32,000 nt of DNA, taken from Candidatus Peribacter riflensis (GTDB lineage: Bacteria > Patescibacteriota > Gracilibacteria > Peribacterales > Peribacteraceae). Numbering within the stretch: position 1 is the stretch's first letter; each line of letters opens with the position of its first letter. Made by a program: the position numbers and the translations under genes. The notes under the pieces were generated by a model. That model saw only the letters and a list, made by a program, of their open reading frames with translations. It did not search any database and was not told where the DNA came from. The stretch is taken from NCBI GenBank assembly GCA_001430755.1, contig CP013062.1:1050001-1082000 (forward strand), given 5' to 3'. This document shows, in pieces, positions 1 to 8,701 of this stretch.

Positions 1-1
1 A

Positions 2-2926
2 TGCGGCGGATGGATGTTCGACGAGCGTGTGGAGGGCAAGATCTCCACGGTCACCGGAGCACCCGGACGCAAGGGCACTGTCTTTGATGGCGGAAAACTG
101 ATTCCCGAAGTGGCAAAAAGCGGCCTCGCGAAGCGCGAAGAGAAGATAGGGGCACTGGAGGACGGCTTTGTCTTCCCTTCGTCGGGCTTGGCAACCGGCT
201 GGTCCACCGTCTGCCACGTGAATGAATGTGGAAACAGCTATCCCTACATCCGCGAGTGCCCGGGAGAGCCTCCCTGCAGAAACCCGGATGAGTGCCGGGA
301 GATGTGCAGCGAACTCAACGCCTGGCAACGCGTTCACCAGAGCTGCACGGCGGAATGGACGGAATATGATTGGGACGGCAATCCGTTTCAGGTATTTGAT
401 TTTCTGGAGGATACCAGCCCCTGCAAGAACGTCGATAACGGTGACTGGTGCCAACCCGGTGACGAGAACTGGGTCGATCCCCGAACCCGCCTGCAGGATG
501 CGCATCCCGATGCGAATGTATGGTGCGATATCGACGAAATGCTCTACTGCTGCTCAAACGCCGTTGTGGCGAACCGTGAGAACGACCCGGAACGCAACTG
601 TCTGAACTGCAACGGGGACGGGCTCGAGGACCGCAATAATCCCGGGGTGGATTTTAATGGAGAAGTCCCGGCCGACCTGGAACAGACTGGATGCCGTAAA
701 GGAAAGAACGCTCCAAATGGACGGGAGTACGTTTCGATATACAGACGGTTTATGGTGAGCTTCACCCGCAATGCCGTGCCCGTCGTTCCGCGGGATGACA
801 CGCAGCGAACAGATGTCCCCGTCGACTGCTACTGCCGCTATGAGGAATTCGACCCCAAGACGCGCAAGACGCTCGCCAATGATCACCGTTGCATCGTCAT
901 GCTCGAAGAGGAGGAGAAACGTTTCAGGGACATGAAAGAAACACAGCATGGAAAAGGCGAGTACGGCCAGAATTCCAATCTGCCGGATCCCACGTACGAA
1001 GAAAACCGGACACGCGATACGCTCAAAGATCTGTGGGTGAATAATTTCAGCGATACGTTCTCACTCTTGAACGGCAACAAAATCAAGGAATCGCCGAAAG
1101 ACAACCTCTTTCCGCTGCTCCAGCTCGATAACACCAATCTTGTACCGACCGCACAACTCGACAAGACCCGCGTCTTCTCCAGTGGAAGCTTGCTACGCGC
1201 CACCGACGACACGGTGAACACCGATCACACGGGCCGCCGCACGATCGTCGAGTGGTGGCAGGAGCAGGAAACGCAGGCTCACAAGCTCTTCACACCGCCA
1301 ATTCTCCGCCTCATCCTCCCCACGCCCGCCTCAGAAGGCCTGAATCTGACCGATCCCCTGCTGACACCAAAGGGAAACAGCCGTCCTCCAGGCTCGCTGC
1401 GTATCAATCAACAAATCATCGACCTGCAGATCCGCGCAGATCCCGAAGATCTGCTCTCTGAAGTGAGCGCCTACCTCGAGAACGCCCTCCTCATCCACGT
1501 GCAGGAGGAACCCGTCACGCTCGTGGTCCCTCTGGCTTCGCCGGTCGAGCTCCGCGCGCTGGCGCAGGGATGGAAACGATGGGGAGAAGAACAGGGGGAA
1601 GGCGAGGCGAAGTCAAAGGCGGAAGGGGCCGCCCAGAAGTTAGAGGCCTATGCCGAGCGCATCGATCAGGTCCGCGCTCTGCGCAGCGAATTAGCACAGT
1701 ACATCGGACGGCTTCTGACGTATCAGGGAACCATGACACGCGCGATCGGCGAATGGCTCGAAGGAAACCTGGGAGCCTGGGACCGGTATGCAACGGCCTG
1801 GCGGGAGCGCCTGAACCTCCAACCACAGTGGAAGGAAATCCAACAGAAGTACCGCGTATTCCATGACCGGACGAATATGCCGTGGTGTCGCAATGACCGC
1901 TATACGACTCCGATCTACTCGTTCCTCGATCCCTGGATGCCCGGTCCCGATGCCCCGCGCGATCTGGCACTCAACATTGATGAGAACCCTGCGAACGATA
2001 CCGACCCGTACAAGCTGCCGCGTCTCGCCATCGATCCGCTTCCGGACCTGGTCTACGACTTTACGGTCTTCCGCGTCTCCACGGGTACGGTCCTCCTGCC
2101 CGTCTTGCATCCACTGCAGGTCCGGCTGCAACAGTCTCTTCTCAATCCGCCCGCGTTTTATAAGGAACTGGGTGCTGTCTCAGAGCAGCTGGACAAATTG
2201 AACGCGCTTCCCGATCTGCCTCCTGTGCCCACGATCTTCCAGGAGGTTCTCGATCGCCTGCTGCCGAATGAAGTGCTCCACACTTCCTCCCCGACCACCA
2301 TTCAACCCACTCTTCCGGAACTGCCGCCCGAAATCCGCGAAGTACTGGAGCAGATCTCCAGAATTCTGACGGGAATGGACCGGACCTACGGCGAATTTTG
2401 GGAGAGCATCGTGGAGTACCCGGAGCGCGATATCCCCGAGAAGAAATGGGATTGTCAGGGACTGGGCGTCATGCCGTGCGTGCACGTTGAAATGGACCTG
2501 CTGGAGCGCTTCACGCGCATCGGCTCGCGGCCTGCGGTGCAGTTGAAAGAGGATTTCGCCTCTCATGGACTGCTGCGCACGGGTGTCATCAATAACAAGG
2601 CAACCGCCGACAGTCTGCCCAGTTCCCGGCTCTCGCCGCCGACAGCTGTGCCTCCCTGCCCCCGTGAGGATTGGGTGTGCCAGGTATTCAACGCAGAGAA
2701 AACCTACGCACGGGAGGGATGGCGTATCGAGGGAGTGAAGGAGGGAACGGGGAAGGAGGATTTGCAAAACCTCCGGGAACGGCTGCGAAAAGAAACCATC
2801 CCCAACAGCTCGAGCTCTTTCCCCTACATTGTGTATCCCGAAGGGCTGTTGCCCTCTTTCAATGTTCCAGGCCCGTTCATCCTGCCTGCGTACCCCTCAG
2901 GACGAAGTGGCTCCGCATCCTCATGA
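2..2926 (+). CDS. Hypothetical large cysteine-rich protein, 5' end cut by the window edge; gene 1 of a 5-gene coupled operon
   Basis: Frame 2 is open from nt 2, with no stop before the first ATG at 14, so the gene probably begins upstream of the window. It spans more than 970 codons. Its TGA stop (2924-2926) overlaps the next ATG (2923-2925) as ATGA. The N-terminal third is Cys-dense (CHVNECGNSYPYIRECPGEPPCRNPDECREMC...). No family recognised by eye. Confidence 0.75.
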   Translation, partial: CGGWMFDERVEGKISTVTGAPGRKGTVFDGGKLIPEVAKSGLAKREEKIGALEDGFVFPSSGLATGWSTVCHVNECGNSYPYIRECPGEPPCRNPDECREMCSELNAWQRVHQSCTAEWTEYDWDGNPFQVFDFLEDTSPCKNVDNGDWCQPGDENWVDPRTRLQDAHPDANVWCDIDEMLYCCSNAVVANRENDPERNCLNCNGDGLEDRNNPGVDFNGEVPADLEQTGCRKGKNAPNGREYVSIYRRFMVSFTRNAVPVVPRDDTQRTDVPVDCYCRYEEFDPKTRKTLANDHRCIVMLEEEEKRFRDMKETQHGKGEYGQNSNLPDPTYEENRTRDTLKDLWVNNFSDTFSLLNGNKIKESPKDNLFPLLQLDNTNLVPTAQLDKTRVFSSGSLLRATDDTVNTDHTGRRTIVEWWQEQETQAHKLFTPPILRLILPTPASEGLNLTDPLLTPKGNSRPPGSLRINQQIIDLQIRADPEDLLSEVSAYLENALLIHVQEEPVTLVVPLASPVELRALAQGWKRWGEEQGEGEAKSKAEGAAQKLEAYAERIDQVRALRSELAQYIGRLLTYQGTMTRAIGEWLEGNLGAWDRYATAWRERLNLQPQWKEIQQKYRVFHDRTNMPWCRNDRYTTPIYSFLDPWMPGPDAPRDLALNIDENPANDTDPYKLPRLAIDPLPDLVYDFTVFRVSTGTVLLPVLHPLQVRLQQSLLNPPAFYKELGAVSEQLDKLNALPDLPPVPTIFQEVLDRLLPNEVLHTSSPTTIQPTLPELPPEIREVLEQISRILTGMDRTYGEFWESIVEYPERDIPEKKWDCQGLGVMPCVHVEMDLLERFTRIGSRPAVQLKEDFASHGLLRTGVINNKATADSLPSSRLSPPTAVPPCPREDWVCQVFNAEKTYAREGWRIEGVKEGTGKEDLQNLRERLRKETIPNSSSSFPYIVYPEGLLPSFNVPGPFILPAYPSGRSGSASS

Positions 2927-3759
2927 TCCGATTCCGCTCACTGCTCTGGCCCTGCCTGCTCCTGCTGCTCGCGCTCCCCGCGCCGGGCTGGTCGCAGCAG
3001 ACAGCCCAGGCAGATATCGCCAGCTGTCGCAGCCTGGTGGAGTCCGCGCTCTCCAAGGAGCAACGCCTGTACCGCAGCGTGCTCTTCGGCCACACGAAAG
3101 CGGAAGATGCTCCTCCAAGCGAAGTACGGTTCGATACCGAAGGCCGCCCCTGGATCAAAACCGAACGCAATACTTGGCGCTCTGTGTCGCCACGATTCGT
3201 CGATGTGATCTGGCGCGACCCGGTCATGGACGAGAACGATGAACTCCAGCAACGAAAAGGCATCTACGAAACGAGACGCGTGGCCACTTCTGACCTGGTC
3301 CCCCACCTCACGCAGGCGTACCGCGCTCTCAAGTGTCGCAGCACCATCATCTGCAAAACGGTGGAACTTTCGATTGGGCAGGAATCAGCAGACCCGCAGG
3401 AAGTGACCGTCACCGTTCCGGGCTGCATTGAAGAACGCCGACAGACATTTTCGGGGTGCCATCTGGCGGCTGCCGAAGGCAACAAAATCGAAGAGGCCGA
3501 CGTGCTCACGCACTGCCGGCTCGTGCGCGATGACCTCGTGACACGCGAGAGGGATCTGCTCAAGCTCACGACCGAGTACGACGCCGCCTATCGCTCGCTC
3601 CTCCAGCTCTCCGGGCAGACCGACGCCTTTTTGCAGGAATTCCGCTGGCCCATGATCAATTCGCTCCGCAAGGCCGCAGAACTCGTCGGGACGCTGCACC
3701 GCATTCCCTGCTTCATTGCGAGTTGCGACGAAGGCCCTCTCCCGTCTTCTGAAGAATGA
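2923..3759 (+). CDS. Hypothetical secreted protein (278 aa); gene 2 of operon
   Basis: I chose ATG 2923 over the track start at 2671. It yields a classic signal peptide (MIRFRSLLWPCLLLLLALPAPGWS/QQ) and an ATGA overlap with the gene 1 stop, whereas the 2671 start would overlap gene 1 by about 250 nt. The stop at 3757-3759 overlaps the next ATG at 3756 (ATGA). Confidence 0.7.
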   Translation: MIRFRSLLWPCLLLLLALPAPGWSQQTAQADIASCRSLVESALSKEQRLYRSVLFGHTKAEDAPPSEVRFDTEGRPWIKTERNTWRSVSPRFVDVIWRDPVMDENDELQQRKGIYETRRVATSDLVPHLTQAYRALKCRSTIICKTVELSIGQESADPQEVTVTVPGCIEERRQTFSGCHLAAAEGNKIEEADVLTHCRLVRDDLVTRERDLLKLTTEYDAAYRSLLQLSGQTDAFLQEFRWPMINSLRKAAELVGTLHRIPCFIASCDEGPLPSSEE

Positions 3760-4544
3760 ATCTGCGTCCTGTGCACACCATCGGCCTCACGGCCATCCTC
3801 CTTCTGGTGGCGGGTACGGCAGCAGTGATTTCGCAACCCGAAACCCTCACGGGGGTGAGTGTCGCATTCATCCAGAAACAGGAGCAGGAGAACGCAGTAC
3901 TCACGCCCTGCTCCCGTTTCACCGAAGGGTACATGCAGCTGCCATTCGCAACGGGGAACTTCGCTCAGTGGCCGACGCTCTACCATGAGAAGGCAGGCGC
4001 GGTCGTGGAGGAACACCTACAGTCCTTTCTGAAGCCGGCCAAGTGCGATGCCACGACAGGAGCGGAGGCTTTGCCGGCTGGCCCCAAGCTGCAGGAGCTG
4101 GCCCGTATGCTCCCAAGCTGGAAGAACGCAACAGTGAGCCAGACGGAGGTGGGGGCGGTCCTGTTGGAATACCTGCGTGCCTATGAGTGCGCCCTGCAGG
4201 AACGTCTGTACTTCCTCCACCCCGATGCCCTGGAAGAACTGAAAGGCAGACTGCAGAACGCGGGAGCCGAATCGGAGGTAATCGACATTTCAGATCTCAT
4301 CGCAGAGGTGTCGGAAGAGGATAAGACCATCACCCGCGAGTACGCCACCGCCCGTCCGACGCTCCACCGCGCGCTCACGATTGTCGGAGGCCTCGGCCGG
4401 CTCCTGCCACTCCATGGGGAATTGCAGTGCATCGAGCGCGCTTCGCTCGACATTCGCAACGCTCTCGCTCTCGGAGCGGAAGCCAGCGCCTGTTTACCGC
4501 GCATCTGGAATGCCAAGGATCCCCTCCGCGATCTGCAACCGTGA
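3756..4544 (+). CDS. Hypothetical secreted or signal-anchored protein (262 aa); gene 3 of operon
   Basis: The N-terminus MNLRPVHTIGLTAILLLVAGTAAVIS is hydrophobic and looks like a signal sequence. There is an ATGA overlap upstream and a GTGA overlap downstream (GTG 4541-4543 / TGA 4542-4544). Confidence 0.7.
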   Translation: MNLRPVHTIGLTAILLLVAGTAAVISQPETLTGVSVAFIQKQEQENAVLTPCSRFTEGYMQLPFATGNFAQWPTLYHEKAGAVVEEHLQSFLKPAKCDATTGAEALPAGPKLQELARMLPSWKNATVSQTEVGAVLLEYLRAYECALQERLYFLHPDALEELKGRLQNAGAESEVIDISDLIAEVSEEDKTITREYATARPTLHRALTIVGGLGRLLPLHGELQCIERASLDIRNALALGAEASACLPRIWNAKDPLRDLQP

Positions 4545-7003
4545 AGCGTTACGCTGCTGCCATCGGCTTCCTCCTGCTCCTGCTCACGACAGGCAGTGCC
4601 AGTGCGCAGCAGGCGGACGGAGATGTGCGACTCTACGAGAGAATGCATGCCATTACACTGCAAGAGATCGCCCTGGAAAACGTGGATGACGTGATCGTCA
4701 CCTATGTGGTGCAATTAGCGGAGCAGGAAAAGATGATTCCCGCAGGAAAAACCTCATCCGATCTGCGCGAGGCGGTGAAAGCGGCGCTCGAGACGCGCCT
4801 GGACGATTTCTGCGAGATGTACAACGCCACATTCGACGGGTGCCCCGAGGTGTACCAGACATTCCGCGACTGGGCGCGTGATATGATCGAAACGCGCACA
4901 CTCTCGACGGATCTGCTCCATATCGCCACAGGGTATGAAACGGGTGTGAGTGGCGCTATGGGCGAAATCTTCACTATTGCCGAGCGCACCCTCACCATCC
5001 GTCACCTCTGGCGCAGTCAGGATGACGCACTCCTCACTCCCGAAGTGTTCCCCTTGGTTCGGGCGGTCCCACGGCCGGACAGCGTCACGGACGGCATGTT
5101 CGATGATCTGGGATCCGAGCTAAAAATGCACATGCCCGGAGCCGTCTGGCGTTATCGCTATGGCCTCGCTGCGTTCGGCGATTACTGCACTGAAACCACA
5201 GATGCCTCCGAGCTCTTCGAGGCAGTCAGAGAGCGCTCATGTGCCGTGGAAGAAAAGCTCCGCGCCCTGCGCGACGCCTTACCAGCGAACGCCCTGGACT
5301 ACACTCCTCCACTGCAGAAAGGGGAAATCGTCATTTTCCCGCTGCGCAGGCTCGACGATCCCGCGCATGTCGTCGTCTGGATGATGGCAGAGAACATCAA
5401 CGGCAGAGTGGAGCGTGAGGCGGGCGTGGGATGGGATCTCGCGCTCGATCCCGTACCCATCGGCTTCGTGGGCGGAGACTCCTGTGACGCCGGAACCCTC
5501 TCTGAACCCTACTGCACAGTCGTGAACCGCTTCAGGATCCGGCCGGGAGGCCGGTACGAAGATCCGCCCAAGGAGCCCGGCGAGAACGGCGGCATCTGCC
5601 ACCTGCCCTTCGCCCGCGACGGCTATCTTTGCCGCCCGCTCCGGCATGACCGGTGCAACGTCGAGATCGAATACAAAGACCCCCGCTCCATCGTGCTGAC
5701 AGAGTGCAAGCCCTCGCAGTCGAAGCAGCCCATCTCACTGACGGCATCCGGCCCCGATATCTGCCGCACGGGATGGTGGCGGATTCCTGCCAGCTCTTCC
5801 TCCTCTTCCCAGGGTTCCGGAGAAACGGAAAAGAGTTCTTGCAGTTTGTGCATCCCGAAAATGCAATGTGAGAGTGATTGCGAGGGCCATTCGGCCCTGA
5901 CGAATCCGAAAGATGAAGATGGAAAGATCCGCATTTGCATTTCAACGTCCGCGCCCCGCAGCCTGTTGCTCCATAATGTCATCCATGAGCTCGTCCATGC
6001 GCAGCAGCTCTGCAATCTCCCCCCGGGAACAAAGATTTTCGATACGGCGGAGCGCTGCTGCGCCAATGAATACGAAGCCTATCGCGCATCCTGTCGCATC
6101 CTTGCCGAAGACGGTGTGCTGGAGGAGGCGGGCGCCTCCATCGAGGAGTGCGCGGGGGGCCTGGCGAACGTAAGTTGCGAACGGTACGGAGACCGGATCT
6201 GTTCAGAGATCAACACGGTGAACCTGAAACAGAAGATCGATGAAGTGCTGGAACGCCGCGCCAGTGAATCACAGGAAAATTTCCCCACCTGCGAAGAGCT
6301 CATTGGCGAAGGTACGGGATCCGGGAAATTTGATACCCGTCCGCTCTCGATGGTCGAAGCCATGAATATGGCCTGCTCCCCCGGGTGCAAGACGCAGTAC
6401 GAGAACACCATCGGCAACAATCTCTGCTACGTCGGACAGTGCATCGAGCAGTCGGTTGAGCAATCCCGCCTCATCCCCGGACGTATGCCCCTGAATGTGG
6501 CAGACGAAGCCTACCCGTGGGATGCCTGTGCTGCCGAAGACCCCCGGGCAGGAGGAATGATGGCCCTGCCGGCCCTCTCTCCCCCGCTGCCGCCCCCATA
6601 CAATCCGCGGCTCCTCGTAGAATCACTCGATCGCGCGCTGTGCCAGATCAACGGGCTTCCGGCGGCCACGCCGCCGATCTTCTGCCAGTTCGACTACGAG
6701 CGCCGCCTGAGCATTCCCACCGACAACTACGTCACGACCACGCTCAGCTTCACCGACCAGATCGCAGAAAATCTGAATCCGACTGCCTCTCTCCAGCGCA
6801 TGACGCAGAGTGTTTCCACGCGCATCGGAACCGCACTCCTCTCGCGCTACCTCACCTGGGCAGGCCGCTCACTCGCCGAAACATTACGGGCGGGCAACCT
6901 GCTCATGCAGAACATGGAACGAACGGTCTTCCCACGCACTACCTGCCCCCGGAACGCAACCGAAGAGCCCGACTTCTGCCGATCTTCCGCAGCCTCTTAC
7001 TAA
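4541..7003 (+). CDS. Hypothetical secreted cysteine-rich protein with an HExxH metalloprotease-like motif (820 aa); gene 4 of operon
   Basis: A GTG 4541 start gives (M)KRYAAAIGFLLLLLTTGSASA/QQ, a signal peptide with an ASA cleavage motif, and a 4-nt overlap with gene 3. The track start ATG 4427 would overlap gene 3 by 118 nt and has no signal peptide. I count more than 30 Cys by hand. HELVH is encoded at 5984-5998, with NEYEAY about 24 aa downstream. Confidence 0.7.
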   Translation: MKRYAAAIGFLLLLLTTGSASAQQADGDVRLYERMHAITLQEIALENVDDVIVTYVVQLAEQEKMIPAGKTSSDLREAVKAALETRLDDFCEMYNATFDGCPEVYQTFRDWARDMIETRTLSTDLLHIATGYETGVSGAMGEIFTIAERTLTIRHLWRSQDDALLTPEVFPLVRAVPRPDSVTDGMFDDLGSELKMHMPGAVWRYRYGLAAFGDYCTETTDASELFEAVRERSCAVEEKLRALRDALPANALDYTPPLQKGEIVIFPLRRLDDPAHVVVWMMAENINGRVEREAGVGWDLALDPVPIGFVGGDSCDAGTLSEPYCTVVNRFRIRPGGRYEDPPKEPGENGGICHLPFARDGYLCRPLRHDRCNVEIEYKDPRSIVLTECKPSQSKQPISLTASGPDICRTGWWRIPASSSSSSQGSGETEKSSCSLCIPKMQCESDCEGHSALTNPKDEDGKIRICISTSAPRSLLLHNVIHELVHAQQLCNLPPGTKIFDTAERCCANEYEAYRASCRILAEDGVLEEAGASIEECAGGLANVSCERYGDRICSEINTVNLKQKIDEVLERRASESQENFPTCEELIGEGTGSGKFDTRPLSMVEAMNMACSPGCKTQYENTIGNNLCYVGQCIEQSVEQSRLIPGRMPLNVADEAYPWDACAAEDPRAGGMMALPALSPPLPPPYNPRLLVESLDRALCQINGLPAATPPIFCQFDYERRLSIPTDNYVTTTLSFTDQIAENLNPTASLQRMTQSVSTRIGTALLSRYLTWAGRSLAETLRAGNLLMQNMERTVFPRTTCPRNATEEPDFCRSSAASY

Positions 7004-8566
7004 ATGAGACGCCTTGCCACCTTCACCTTCGGCCTTCTGCTCTTCGCCTCCGCCCTGCCAACGGAAGCGGCAGGAGACCAGTACGCCGATCTGGAGCCCG
7101 TGTCGCCGTACGTCCGACGCGTGGTGCGGCGGGTGCAGGCGGGCATGAGCGCCCCTGCGGGTGCAGGCACCACCTCCGATACCGTCCTGCGCCTGTTCTG
7201 GCTCGATAAGATCACCGGCACGATCCTGGGGCTCATCGACACCGATTTGCGCATCGTGGAACACGAGCAGGACCTGAGGGAAAATACCCCCTGTTTACGA
7301 CTCGATACACTCATCCTGGAGGGATGGATGGAGCGGGCGAGACAGAAGAAAAACGATGCCATTCAATCAGGACAGGTGGGCGAAGCGGCGCGGCTGATTT
7401 CGATGCAACGCTACCTGAACAATCGGTACAGGGCGCTGCTGCAAGGTGTGCGCGACCCAACGTACGTCGATGGCGAGGAAGGGAACTTCTATTCCTTCGA
7501 CCCTCCTCCGTATTGGTGCTGCCCCGCAGAGGCGGAGAACGACCAACAGGTGGCATCCTGCAAACAGGTGACCGACGAAGACGGAACGGAGTGCCGGAGA
7601 GAACGCGGTTCTCTCTTCAAGAGACACTACGCATGCGTGCAGGCCGGCTGCAGCGACGGAGGGGGCGGCGGAGGAGAAGATGAAGGGGAGCCCTGTCCGT
7701 TCAGCTCCGATTACCTCCCTCCAACGGGGGTGGGCTACGGGTGCGATCTCTCGGTACTCGAGAGTCGCGGCAGCGCTGTGGAGGGTATCGGCAAGGAAAT
7801 CGAAGGCTTGCAGACACTGATGCGTGATCGCGACACCTTCATCAGCTCCATGGAGGGGGCAAAAGAGATGGTGCTCCGGCTGGAGGCACGCCTGGGAGGG
7901 GGGGTGTCGGATCTCTCGAACTTCGGGGCAGGGGCGAGCAACCGGCGCACGCATCAGGTATTCAATGGCTGCCTCACAGAGAACCAGGAACTGCCGGCGG
8001 GCATCGCCTTCTGGGAGCGCCGCGGCCCCTTCTCCTTCGCCTCCAACGAGAAGGTACTCATGCCCAAGCTGGCGGAGCTCTGGTACAGCTGGGGCCTGCA
8101 ACGGCGTCCGCCCACGTACCTGCGCAACGCCAATGAGATTCCCGAAGGCACCCCCGAACGGGAGCAGGCCGAAGCAATCGAAGGCGGCGGGCTCATCTGG
8201 CTTCTCGGTGCACGCAATGACGTACAGGAGTACCTGCGCGTGGTCAGCCTGCACCAGGCCGAAGTGGAGAGTACGCAGATCGCCAAGACAACCGACGCGT
8301 CACAACGCACCCTGCAGAATCTGTCTGCGCTCCGCACGGAAGTACAGAAGATGGCTCTGACTGTGAAAAGTTCTGACCGTGGATTGAGGAAATTCGTGAA
8401 GAATTACGCAGCGTTCCTGCGGACCTCGTGCATTTTTCGTCCCTGTACCAAGCAATTGGAGCGCGTCCTGAAGATTATCTTCGAGGATGAGTGCTTCCCC
8501 TACATCAACGGAGCCGCCCTCGATGAAAATGTTGCCGAGCGGTGCAAAAATGCCGCAGGACTCTGA
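7004..8566 (+). CDS. Hypothetical secreted cysteine-rich protein (520 aa); gene 5 of operon
   Basis: The ATG directly follows the gene 4 TAA (TAAATG). The signal peptide is MRRLATFTFGLLLFASALPTEA/AG. A Cys-rich patch (YWCCPAEAENDQQVASCKQVTDEDGTECRRERGSLFKRHYACVQAGC) is followed by a GGGGGGEDEGE run. Confidence 0.7.
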   Translation: MRRLATFTFGLLLFASALPTEAAGDQYADLEPVSPYVRRVVRRVQAGMSAPAGAGTTSDTVLRLFWLDKITGTILGLIDTDLRIVEHEQDLRENTPCLRLDTLILEGWMERARQKKNDAIQSGQVGEAARLISMQRYLNNRYRALLQGVRDPTYVDGEEGNFYSFDPPPYWCCPAEAENDQQVASCKQVTDEDGTECRRERGSLFKRHYACVQAGCSDGGGGGGEDEGEPCPFSSDYLPPTGVGYGCDLSVLESRGSAVEGIGKEIEGLQTLMRDRDTFISSMEGAKEMVLRLEARLGGGVSDLSNFGAGASNRRTHQVFNGCLTENQELPAGIAFWERRGPFSFASNEKVLMPKLAELWYSWGLQRRPPTYLRNANEIPEGTPEREQAEAIEGGGLIWLLGARNDVQEYLRVVSLHQAEVESTQIAKTTDASQRTLQNLSALRTEVQKMALTVKSSDRGLRKFVKNYAAFLRTSCIFRPCTKQLERVLKIIFEDECFPYINGAALDENVAERCKNAAGL

Positions 8567-8589
8567 GGAGAAGGCAGCCACGAAGCTGT

Positions 8590-8615
8590 ATACTCCATAC
8601 CAAATACTGCATACT
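8590..8615 (+). repeat. Four ATAC(T) cores phased exactly 7 bp apart, upstream of dnaE
   Basis: ATAC occurs at 8590, 8597, 8604 and 8611 (tATACTcc ATACCaa ATACTgc ATACTgg). The 12-mer ATACTGCATACT (8604-8615) recurs identically at 13177-13188. Confidence 0.6.
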
Positions 8616-8626
8616 GGTTCTCCTTC

Positions 8627-8701
8627 ATGAACACCTCTGATTTCGTCCACCCCGCACCAGTCGCTTCGCTCCGGCGCAGGGCATGCCTCCACCTCACATG
8701 A
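8627..8701 (+). other. 24-codon upstream ORF whose stop overlaps the dnaE ATG; possible degenerate duplicate of the dnaE 5' end
   Basis: ATG 8627 to TGA 8699-8701 encodes MNTSDFVHPAPVASLRRRACLHLT. The stop overlaps ATG 8698 (ATGA) of dnaE, which begins MKATDFVHLHCHS. The nucleotide sequences atgaacacctctgatttcgtccacc and atgaaagcgaccgactttgtccacc are clearly related. Confidence 0.35.

Noticed and set aside
2671-2922. Longer upstream starts offered by the ORF track for gene 2 (2671), gene 4 (4427) and the flippase (31136).
   Set aside because: They would create overlaps of 118-256 nt with the preceding gene, or overlap the divergent pyrB start. They also bury the signal peptides. The downstream starts give clean N-terminal signal or TM sequences and 4-nt stop/start overlaps.
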